From the NCBI GenBank assembly GCA_964494535.1, contig CAZBSB010000002.1, forward strand, positions 539 through 29,748: a DNA stretch of 29,210 bases, written 5' to 3'. The notes below the pieces were generated by a model. It was not told the DNA's origin and searched no databases. It saw only the letters and a program-made list of their open reading frames with translations. A program made the position numbers and the translations under genes. Positions 18,172 through 25,742 of the stretch are shown in pieces (within the stretch, counting starts at the first letter, position 1; each line of letters starts with the position of its first letter). The stretch is from an uncultured Rhodospirillales bacterium (GTDB lineage: Bacteria; Pseudomonadota; Alphaproteobacteria; UBA9219; RFNS01).

Positions 18172-18292
18172 GGATAAATCGTCAGACTCAATCCAAGCTT
18201 GCAGTAGGAAGGAGTACGCCAGGTGCTTGACTGGACGCCTCAGCCCCGTGCAGGTCGTTAACGATGGGATAATCGGTCAGAGGAGAACTAAT

Positions 18293-18772
18293 GTGACCAA
18301 TCAAGCAGGACAAGCAAAACAAAAAACGACGTTTGCAGATCAGCCGGATGAGTTCGTAACGGCATCTGCTCTGGCTGATGCGGCGGAAACTGAGAACGCG
18401 ACACCGGGGACATCGTTCGATGAGATTTTGGGATCATACAAAATGATGGCGGGAAGTGCGTGGCAGCATCTGGACACAATTAGTGTTCAGCACATGCAGA
18501 CCTGTCTGACAGTTACGGACCAGACAATGGCGAACGTTGATAAGATGACGGGTCTGGCGCTTGCTTTTGCGCGCGGCACGATTGCACAAGCGGCATCGGC
18601 GACACCGCTGACGCCAGTGTGGCCGGTTCCTGGCGAGTGGCTGGCGACGAACAAGAGCTTCTGCGATAGTGCGATCCGGCAACTCGAAATGGTGCTGGCG
18701 CTGCAGAAAAAGCTTACCGAAAGCGCAATGCTGCCTATTCGGCGTTCCGTCAGCAGGAATTCTCAAGGTTAA
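18293..18772 (+). CDS. Phasin-like (PHA granule-associated) helical protein
   Basis: GTG 7 nt after GAGGAG. The amphipathic pattern (TMANVDKMTGLALAFARGTIAQ...DSAIRQLEMVLALQKKLTESAMLPIRRSV) resembles PhaP. The longer ORF from 18077 would run through the FNR box and is probably not real. Confidence 0.5.
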   Translation: MTNQAGQAKQKTTFADQPDEFVTASALADAAETENATPGTSFDEILGSYKMMAGSAWQHLDTISVQHMQTCLTVTDQTMANVDKMTGLALAFARGTIAQAASATPLTPVWPVPGEWLATNKSFCDSAIRQLEMVLALQKKLTESAMLPIRRSVSRNSQG

Positions 18773-18865
18773 TGCGGTATTTACCGCAGCCATGCAACCG
18801 GATATTGCCCGCGGGAACTTCTGTTTGTCATTGGCAATGTTGGCGCTGCATCTTAGTATCGTGCC

Positions 18866-19948
18866 ATGAGCAATGAACGATATGCACGACAAACAGTATT
18901 AAAAGAGATAGGCGTAAAAGGGCAAGATCACCTCGCGCGAGCGTCCGTACTCTGTGTCGGCATCGGCGGCCTAGGGTCGCCAGCCGCGCTCTATTTGGCA
19001 GCGGCGGGCGTTGGGCGCATCGGCCTGGCTGATTTTGATGTCGTCGATGAAACCAATCTGCAACGCCAGATACTTTATACCAGCGAGGATGTTGACAGGC
19101 CAAAAGTACTCCAGGCCAGAGACAGGCTTGCCGCCTTCAACCCGCAGATAAAGATAGAAGCGCACAATACCGCGCTCTCTGCCGCTAACGCTTGTCAGCT
19201 TTTTGAAGCCTACGACGTCATTCTTGACGGTACCGATAATTTTTCAACAAAATTTCTCATCAACGACGCGGCCTACAAAATGGGCAAGCCATGGGTGTAT
19301 GGCGCGATACAGAATTTTGACGGCCAGGTCGCCGTGTTCGGCTCGGCAGCAGGTTCGTGCTACCGTTGTTTGTATCCTGAACCGCCCAAGGCAAAAATTA
19401 TGAACTGTGCGGAAGCGGGCGTGCTTGGGGCGGTTGTTGGTATTGTAGGGGTAACGCAGGCCTTGCAGGCCATACAGCTGCTTGTGGGCGACGGGGGTTT
19501 TGAGCCCTTAATCGGCAAGCTCTGGTTGCTTGATGGCAAGACAATGACCACACAAACGCTGGCGGTAGCCAGGAATCCGCAATGTGCGGTTTGTGCCCAT
19601 GCCAGAGATGCTGTTATTCTCCCGCAGGATGCTGCGGGGTGCGTTGCCGTGAGAGAAGTCGCCGCGAGCAAGCTGGCCACGCTGCCAAGCAACTTTGTCA
19701 TCGTCGATGTGCGTGAACAGAGTGAGTGGTCGCAAGGGCATGTTCCGAATGCGGTGCTTGCCCCGCTGTCATCTTTGGAAGCTGGTGACGATTGTGTCCT
19801 GCCGCGCGACGTTCTGCTGGTTGTCTATTGCCAAAGGGGCGTGCGCAGCCGTCGCGCAGCCGAAATCCTTGCGCAACGCGGCTATCAGAACATGTTAAGC
19901 CTTGCCGGAGGCTATCAGGCCTGGTTGCAGCAGGGTCCGCAGACATAA
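18866..19948 (+). CDS. moeB: MoeB/ThiF adenylyltransferase fused to a rhodanese domain (MoeZ-like)
   Basis: Motifs RYARQ, GIGGLGSP, DETNLQRQ, DGTDNF, CYRC, CAVC; rhodanese DVRE..EW..GH and YCQRGVRS. Confidence 0.95.
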   Translation: MSNERYARQTVLKEIGVKGQDHLARASVLCVGIGGLGSPAALYLAAAGVGRIGLADFDVVDETNLQRQILYTSEDVDRPKVLQARDRLAAFNPQIKIEAHNTALSAANACQLFEAYDVILDGTDNFSTKFLINDAAYKMGKPWVYGAIQNFDGQVAVFGSAAGSCYRCLYPEPPKAKIMNCAEAGVLGAVVGIVGVTQALQAIQLLVGDGGFEPLIGKLWLLDGKTMTTQTLAVARNPQCAVCAHARDAVILPQDAAGCVAVREVAASKLATLPSNFVIVDVREQSEWSQGHVPNAVLAPLSSLEAGDDCVLPRDVLLVVYCQRGVRSRRAAEILAQRGYQNMLSLAGGYQAWLQQGPQT

Positions 19949-19969
19949 ACCGAGAAGATTATGGCGGAG

Positions 19970-20314
19970 CTAGGAAGCTTGCGCAGCCTCCTGTCGTGGT
20001 CGCTTGTCGTTGCGGATATCGACCTGTACGATGAGCTCCAGACCACCGCTCATCAGACGTATGCCATCGCGATTCCTGCCGATGTTTCTGAGTAACGCTA
20101 AGGCTTCCTTGGGGAGTGTGAGAGTCAAAGCAATCGTTTGGCCGCTGTTGGTTGCGGCGAAGTGCGGCTGTTGACCGTCTTGCAAGATTTCGAGACCGAT
20201 GGCGAGGGGACGAGTCGGCAGCGCCATGCGCAGTCTCTGGCCAGCTTCCAGCTGCTGGAGATCGTCGGGCGATATTTTGCAAGTAAGGGAATGCTCGGCA
20301 AGCTTGAGATTCAT
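19970..20314 (-). CDS. Uncharacterised 114-aa protein, last gene of the moa operon
   Basis: Its ATG at 20314 overlaps the mobA TGA (ATGA). The sequence MNLKLAEHSLTCKISPDDLQQL...LELIVQVDIRNDKR looks protein-like. Confidence 0.7.
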   Translation of the reverse strand: MNLKLAEHSLTCKISPDDLQQLEAGQRLRMALPTRPLAIGLEILQDGQQPHFAATNSGQTIALTLTLPKEALALLRNIGRNRDGIRLMSGGLELIVQVDIRNDKRPRQEAAQAS

Positions 20315-20835
20315 GATTGGGTTAACTCCTGCCATTCTGGATGGGTGTTGAAGTTCCGCATAAAACCCGCAGCGCCGTCCGGGAGAGCGATTGGCTTGAT
20401 TGCGTACAAAGCCAGAAGCTCACGAACCGAAGGCGCATGGCTGGGGCGGTATGGCGGCACAAAATAGGCGGGCAGGGGATAATCCCGGTAATAGGATCCT
20501 CCCGGCTGAAGGAGCAGCCGTTGCAGGAGTTCGGCGTTCAGCAGCGGCATATCGACCGGCACGAACAGGTACCCCGCCGGGGCGGGGTTGGTTGTCATGA
20601 TATTGGCCATGGCAATGCCTGGCCCCTGAAAGGGTGTGTGGTCGGGCAAGCCATCATAACCTTGAACGGTGCCGCTGATCAGGGGCTGGGCAATACCAAT
20701 CTGCTGCAGCAGGGCAATCATATGCGCGACCAATGGCTGGCCACGATAATCAAGCATGGCTTTGTTTTGCCCCATCCGTGATGAGCGCCCCCCGGCGAGG
20801 ACGACCCCCGCGATCGATTGCTGCGCCTTAGCCAT
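20311..20835 (-). CDS. mobA: Molybdenum cofactor guanylyltransferase (compact MobA-like)
   Basis: Motifs LAGGRSSRMGQNKA, FQGP, VPVDMP, NFNT. ATG 20835 overlaps the end of moaE. Confidence 0.85.
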   Translation of the reverse strand: MAKAQQSIAGVVLAGGRSSRMGQNKAMLDYRGQPLVAHMIALLQQIGIAQPLISGTVQGYDGLPDHTPFQGPGIAMANIMTTNPAPAGYLFVPVDMPLLNAELLQRLLLQPGGSYYRDYPLPAYFVPPYRPSHAPSVRELLALYAIKPIALPDGAAGFMRNFNTHPEWQELTQS

Positions 20836-21265
20836 TGAGCGAGTGCCCCGGCAACCAGGCGCTTTTACCGTCCAGGTAGTGTTCCTGCTTCCATATCGGA
20901 AGCCGGGTTTTGATGGCTTCGATGACATGACGACATGCCGCAAAGCAGTCCGCCCGGTGCGCCGTACTCACCGCGATGAGAACGCTGATCTCGCCAACCG
21001 CCAGCTGCCCTTGAAAATGCGCCACATAGAAATGGGCGCCCGGCCACTGGGTGCCTCCTTCCTCACAAATGGCCTGCATTGTGCGGAGCGCGAGCGGTCC
21101 ATGAACATCATAAGTGATGCCGCTGACTTGCTTGCCTGCGTGGTGGTTGCGCACGACACCCGCAAAAAAATCGATGGCCCCGTGTCCGGGGTCGCGCACC
21201 GCATCCAGCGCGGCACTCATCGTGAGTGGTGTTTGCAGTATATGCACGGCGATTCGTGACGGCAC
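20828..21265 (-). CDS. moaE: Molybdopterin synthase catalytic subunit
   Basis: Motifs GAIDFFAGVVRNH, LAVGEISVLIAVSTAHRADCF, IKTRLPIWKQE. Confidence 0.95.
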   Translation of the reverse strand: MPSRIAVHILQTPLTMSAALDAVRDPGHGAIDFFAGVVRNHHAGKQVSGITYDVHGPLALRTMQAICEEGGTQWPGAHFYVAHFQGQLAVGEISVLIAVSTAHRADCFAACRHVIEAIKTRLPIWKQEHYLDGKSAWLPGHSLNG

Positions 21266-21267
21266 GG

Positions 21268-21516
21268 CTAGCCTCCACAGACCGGCGGCAGGATGACAAG
21301 CGTGCGAGAATCAACCGCGAGTTGAGCGTCATTGGACAAAATTGCGATATTGTCCGCGAGCACCGAGTCTTCGACGAGTTGGCGATGCTCAGCGCCCAGC
21401 GCACGCCATAACGCTGTCTTGAGCGTAGCGACGGTCGAACCGGCGGGGATTTCCAGCTCTATTCCGCTCCCCATAGTGCGAAACACGCCAAAATATTTGA
21501 TATGAACTGTTGTCAT
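21268..21516 (-). CDS. moaD: Molybdopterin synthase sulfur carrier
   Basis: MTTVHIKYFG...VILPPVCGG, with the C-terminal di-Gly; lies between moaC and moaE. Confidence 0.88.
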   Translation of the reverse strand: MTTVHIKYFGVFRTMGSGIELEIPAGSTVATLKTALWRALGAEHRQLVEDSVLADNIAILSNDAQLAVDSRTLVILPPVCGG

Positions 21517-21530
21517 CTTGCTGTCCGCAA

Positions 21531-22544
21531 TCAAGATTGTTGTTTGATTCTGCTGAGAGCCGTGCCGATAAAGGGCCGCAGAATATCCCAGCACTCTCGA
21601 ACAGCCTTCAGGCTGCCTGGCAGGGCAATAATCAGCGTCCCATCCTTCATGCCGGCGGTCATCCGCGATAACCAGGCCGTCTCCGTGATGTGCTGGCTTT
21701 CCTGCCGCAGCAGGTCGCCCAGACCATCCAGCATTTTATCGCATAATGCGGCCAACACATCGGGGGTGACATCGCGGGGGCCGGGGCCCGTGCCCCCGGA
21801 GGCCAGCAGGATATCGGGTTGATGCTGGCGAATGATCTGGCGCAGCGAAGCGGCAATTGTGGTCATATCGTCAGGCACGACCTGGTAGCAGGCGACGTCG
21901 GCTCCGGCCGCGGCGAGTGCTGTGCGCAGAAAAGCGCCAGATTCATCGGCATAGGTGCCGCGGCTGGCCCGGTCGCTCATGACCAGCACTGCCGCGCTGG
22001 TGCCGGCCAGCTCGTTTTGCGGCAATTGCTGCCGCAGCCAGTCGGGAATTCCAGAAGGATTAATCCAGAGTCCGCTTTTACCCCCGCTTTTGACCAGCAG
22101 CCGAATAGTGTGAATGGATAAATTGGGGTCCACCCCTTTGGTCAAATCCCAGAGCGTCAGCAATGCCGCCTGGGTGCCGCAAAGCGCTTCCATCTCGACA
22201 CCTGTTTTGGCATGAGCGCGCACCTGGCAATAGGCAATGACGGCCTGGTCGTCGTCCTGGAGCTCAAAGTGGACGGTTGCTTGATCGAGCGGCAGCGTAT
22301 GACAGAGCGGTATCGTATTCGGGGTATTCTTGGCGGCCATGATGGCGGCTGCCTCTGCCAGGGCGAGGACATTGCCCTTTGGCAACGTACCGGCCTTCAG
22401 GGCGGAATATGCTTCTGTTCCCAGCGCAATGCTGCCGCTTGCCACCGCCATGCGCCAGGTCGGACGTTTGCGTCCAACATCAATCATCTTGAACTGGGCA
22501 ACGCAGGTATCAGGAAACTGCAGGAAAGCCGAACTGGGCATCAT
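21531..22544 (-). CDS. moaC: Bifunctional MoaC plus MogA/MoaB fusion
   Basis: N-half has MIDVG.K, IPLCH, KTGVEMEAL. C-half has VMSDRASRG...DESG, GGTGPGPRDVTP, LPGS. Confidence 0.93.
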   Translation of the reverse strand: MMPSSAFLQFPDTCVAQFKMIDVGRKRPTWRMAVASGSIALGTEAYSALKAGTLPKGNVLALAEAAAIMAAKNTPNTIPLCHTLPLDQATVHFELQDDDQAVIAYCQVRAHAKTGVEMEALCGTQAALLTLWDLTKGVDPNLSIHTIRLLVKSGGKSGLWINPSGIPDWLRQQLPQNELAGTSAAVLVMSDRASRGTYADESGAFLRTALAAAGADVACYQVVPDDMTTIAASLRQIIRQHQPDILLASGGTGPGPRDVTPDVLAALCDKMLDGLGDLLRQESQHITETAWLSRMTAGMKDGTLIIALPGSLKAVRECWDILRPFIGTALSRIKQQS

Positions 22545-22549
22545 GATGA

Positions 22550-23539
22550 TTATCCTCCGATTGACGCCAAATGATGGGTCGCGCCGCTGTCTTGATGATG
22601 CAGCCCGTGCCCGGCGCGTTTATGTTGCAGGAGACTGACGATCCGGCTCTGCAGCTCCGCACCCTGCTCGTCATGCTGCAGCCAGCGCCGTAGTGAATAG
22701 CCTTCCTCTCCAAACAGGCAAAGGTGCAGATTGCCGCGTGCCGAAACCCGCAGGCGATTGCAGCTCTGACAAAAATCCTTGCCATAAGGGGCAATGATGC
22801 CAATGCGCCCTATGCCGCCCGGATGCATATATTCGATTGCCGGTCCGTCGTCATGCGCACGGATTGTCTGCTGCCACCCGCGCGCCCGCAGCGCACTGGT
22901 AATAAAGTCACTCGAGACATGATACTGCGCGAAATAGTCCTTGTTATCCAATGTCCGCATAAGTTCGATGAAGCGCAGGGTGAGATTATTGGTAACGACA
23001 AAATCGATGAAGGCATCCAGCTCGCTGTCATTCACGCCCTTGAGCAGAACCGTATTGATTTTGATCTTCTGAAATCCGGCATCGCGGCAGGCGGCAACCC
23101 CATGCAAAATTTCATTCAGTCGGTCATGGCCGGTGATATGACTAAAAATCGCGGGACGGAGCGAGTCGATGCTGATATTGATGGATTTGATGCCTGCGGC
23201 CGCATACGCAGCGGCGCGCTCACGCAGCCGGTAGCCGTTCGTTGTGACCGCGACCGTCTGGATGCCAGGAATACGACTGACTGACCGGGCGATTGCGACA
23301 AAATCCGTTCGTAAAGTCGGCTCCCCGCCGGTGAGGCGAATTTTTTTCATCCCTAATGCTGAAAAGGCTGTCACTAGTCGTGTAATTTCGTCCAGCGACA
23401 GAAAATCGTCGCAGCCTGATTTTGTGTAGCCGTTGGGTAGACAGTAGCTGCAGCGAAAATTACAAACGTCCGTCAGCGACAGACGGAGGTAATAAAATCG
23501 GCGACCGAAAGCATCCGCCAGGCCGGTGTTCGCTGTCAT
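22550..23539 (-). CDS. moaA: GTP 3',8-cyclase MoaA (radical SAM)
   Basis: Motifs YLRLSLTDVCNFRCSYC, FCQSCNRLR...LHLCLF and a GG end. The true start is ATG 23539, after AAGGAG. Confidence 0.97.
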   Translation of the reverse strand: MTANTGLADAFGRRFYYLRLSLTDVCNFRCSYCLPNGYTKSGCDDFLSLDEITRLVTAFSALGMKKIRLTGGEPTLRTDFVAIARSVSRIPGIQTVAVTTNGYRLRERAAAYAAAGIKSINISIDSLRPAIFSHITGHDRLNEILHGVAACRDAGFQKIKINTVLLKGVNDSELDAFIDFVVTNNLTLRFIELMRTLDNKDYFAQYHVSSDFITSALRARGWQQTIRAHDDGPAIEYMHPGGIGRIGIIAPYGKDFCQSCNRLRVSARGNLHLCLFGEEGYSLRRWLQHDEQGAELQSRIVSLLQHKRAGHGLHHQDSGATHHLASIGG

Positions 23540-23544
23540 ATGGC

Positions 23545-23647
23545 ATCTCCTTTCCAGACAGGGAGGCCGCGGCGTTTCCCCCGCAACCCCGGCCAAGAAG
23601 CCATATCGGTGACAACCGACTTAGGCTCAATGGCTTCGGAGCGATCC
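23545..23647 (-). promoter_or_regulatory. Moco (molybdenum cofactor) riboswitch-like leader of moaA
   Basis: mRNA reads AUCGCUCCGAAGCCAUUGAGCCUAAGUCGGUUGUCACCGAUAUGGCUUCUUGGCCGGGGUUGCGGGGGAAACGCCGCGGCCUCCCUGUCUGGAAAGGAGAU. It carries the CUCCGA, CCUAAG, UGGCC, GAAA-loop arm and CCUCCC...UGGAAAGG signatures, and the SD lies in the basal stem. Confidence 0.85.
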
Positions 23648-23706
23648 GGCGTTCTTCTCCGGATAATTCTTCAGGCGCATAGTGGCGGTAAAGCGCCTGG
23701 CGTAAC

Positions 23707-23720
23707 TTGACCACAATCAA
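23707..23720. promoter_or_regulatory. FNR/DNR box between the moa operon and the Crp/Fnr regulator
   Basis: TTGAC-CACA-ATCAA within the dyad ACTTGA-N6-TCAAGT; -10-like hexamers at class II spacing on both strands. Confidence 0.8.
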
Positions 23721-23785
23721 GTCGCGCCGCCTTTTATTTCAATAGATTAACACTGCAAGCAGGGTCGATTCTATTCTGCGGCACG

Positions 23786-24541
23786 ATGCCGCAGTATGTG
23801 AGCCTGAGGATGCAACAGCAAGTGCAGATCATCATGGATATTGCCCGACTCGTAAAGAACACTGCAATGTTTCAAAGCATTGAAGATACCGATCTCGCCT
23901 TGCTGCTGGAGCGTGCGCATCAGCGCCCCTATCAGAAGAACCGTGAGATCTTTGCCATGGGCGATGTAGCGGAGGCCTTCTATGTCGTTCTTAAAGGTTG
24001 GGTGAAGCTGTATCGCTTGTCGCGCGATGGCGGAGAGTCGGTTATTCATGTCCTCGGCCCCGGCGAGTCCTTTGCAGAAGCGGCCGTGTTCAATAACAAC
24101 AGAACCTATCCCGTTCATGCTCAGGCGCTGGAAGAGACTGTGCTGCTGGAAATTCCACGCAGCTTCTTCGTGCAGAAAATTGAGGGGGACAGTCAGTTCG
24201 CGTTACGTATCCTTGCCGCAATCGCATCACGGCAGCACTATCTGGTACAGCAAATCGAGCAGGTCACGACGCGGACGGCACCACAAAGAATTGGAGCCTT
24301 CCTGCTAAGATTTTGTGAACACAAAGAGGGTAGTGCGCGTGGTTTCTGGACGGTCAATCTGCCCTATGACAAATCGGTCATCGCCCATCGGCTTAGCATC
24401 CGGCCAGAGACATTCTCGCGTGCCCTGGCAAAACTATCGCCCTATGGCGTGAAGACCAATCCCAGCGGGGAGATAACGATTACCGATATGATGGCGTTGA
24501 CGGATTATTGCGATATCTCGCTGTTTGGCAAGCCGTGCTGA
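23786..24541 (+). CDS. Crp/Fnr-family regulator, DNR/NnrR-like (no FNR Fe-S Cys cluster)
   Basis: Motifs GWVKLYRLS.DG.E, GESFAEAAVF, and HTH LPYDKSVIAHRLSIRPETFSR (ExxSR). Start uncertain (23786, 23810 or 23834). Confidence 0.88.
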   Translation: MPQYVSLRMQQQVQIIMDIARLVKNTAMFQSIEDTDLALLLERAHQRPYQKNREIFAMGDVAEAFYVVLKGWVKLYRLSRDGGESVIHVLGPGESFAEAAVFNNNRTYPVHAQALEETVLLEIPRSFFVQKIEGDSQFALRILAAIASRQHYLVQQIEQVTTRTAPQRIGAFLLRFCEHKEGSARGFWTVNLPYDKSVIAHRLSIRPETFSRALAKLSPYGVKTNPSGEITITDMMALTDYCDISLFGKPC

Positions 24542-24562
24542 TATCCACTCCGTGCCTGGGGC

Positions 24563-25726
24563 TCAGGCTTCCTGGTTGTCGATCCGTCGGCTGACGAGCA
24601 TGGGCGCGTAAGCAAAGAAATAGAGCCCGAAGGCTGCTGACCACAAGGCAGCGGAGATTATGATGATGGTACTCATCTGGTCTGGCAGCATCATGGGGCC
24701 AAAGACTCTGAGCAAAGTGGCGCCCTGAATCAGGCCGAAGGCTACCACTGTCAGTCTGGAGGCATGCTGCTGCCGGCCTGTGTGGCCAAGAGTCACGCGG
24801 CACATCATGCCGAGACACATTGAACCGATACACCCTGCAGTTAACGCGTGAATAACACTGGCTAGGGTGGTGACGCCAATTCCGGTTAAAGCAAGCAAGA
24901 AGAGGCCAAGAACAAGCCAGCTGTAGCCAACATGCAAAATCCACAGCATCGGGTCACGTAAGGCGGGCATGGTGTGATAATGCCGCATGCGAAGACCGTG
25001 AACGGCTGCGGCTGCACCCGCCGAGGCGCTGAGCCAAAGACTGTTGGGGGCGAATATCAACGATAAGGTGGTCGCAATCAGCGTCATGAGCGCGATGAAG
25101 TCTGTTCGGGGCTGATCGGTCTGAAAAGCCATGATGCCCTTACGACGCAGCGCCGCCACCGTGAAAGATGGAATAATCCGCCCGCCAATGAGCGAAACCA
25201 TCGTCAGTATCATCATCAGCGCCACATAGAGTGACGTACGGCTAAGAGTTAGCAGAAAATATAAGTCAGAACCAAAAAGCACGCCGAGGAGAGTCAGAAA
25301 AACAAAATTGCGTTTGCTCCAACTGCGGATGAGCGGAATAGACAAAGATATTGTCAGGGCAGGGATAAAGGCCGTCGTGAACAGAATGGCAAGCCAGGGC
25401 GGCAAGCCCATATCAAAATTCACGGCGATACGGGCGATCATCCACAGCAAACATAGCAGCGCTAGGTGGAGCTGCCGAGCCGGCGCGCCGCCGGTCCAGT
25501 TGGCAACGGCAGTCAGCAGGAAGCCGGCGACAATTGCGATGGTGAAGCCGAAAATCATTTCGTGCGCATGCCAGGAAACCGGGTCGAGAAATGACGGCCC
25601 GGGCACGACGATGCCGGCGTAAAACCCGCCCCAAAGAACGAGGCAAAGCAGGCTGTAGAGCGAACCAAAGAAGAAAAACGGGCGGAACCCGCGCGCCAGA
25701 AAGGGGTGTGCCAAAAGACGGTTCAT
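24563..25726 (-). CDS. nnrS: NnrS family membrane protein (NO stress)
   Basis: Motifs GFRPFFF, WHAHEMIFGF, GFLLTAVANWTG, GGRIIPSFT, HALTAGCIG, RVTLGHTGR. Confidence 0.95.
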   Translation of the reverse strand: MNRLLAHPFLARGFRPFFFFGSLYSLLCLVLWGGFYAGIVVPGPSFLDPVSWHAHEMIFGFTIAIVAGFLLTAVANWTGGAPARQLHLALLCLLWMIARIAVNFDMGLPPWLAILFTTAFIPALTISLSIPLIRSWSKRNFVFLTLLGVLFGSDLYFLLTLSRTSLYVALMMILTMVSLIGGRIIPSFTVAALRRKGIMAFQTDQPRTDFIALMTLIATTLSLIFAPNSLWLSASAGAAAAVHGLRMRHYHTMPALRDPMLWILHVGYSWLVLGLFLLALTGIGVTTLASVIHALTAGCIGSMCLGMMCRVTLGHTGRQQHASRLTVVAFGLIQGATLLRVFGPMMLPDQMSTIIIISAALWSAAFGLYFFAYAPMLVSRRIDNQEA

Positions 25727-25742
25727 ACCATTTCTCTAAAAA

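Noticed and set aside
18077-18292. 72-aa N-terminal extension of the phasin-like ORF; palindrome TCGGATCGATCCGA at 18082-18095
   Set aside because: The extension crosses the FNR box and looks non-coding, and a better SD precedes GTG 18293. The palindrome matches no motif I can name.
18773-18788. Hairpin TGCGGT-ATTT-ACCGCA right after the phasin-like stop
   Set aside because: There is no U tract; it may be a stability hairpin but no function can be supported.
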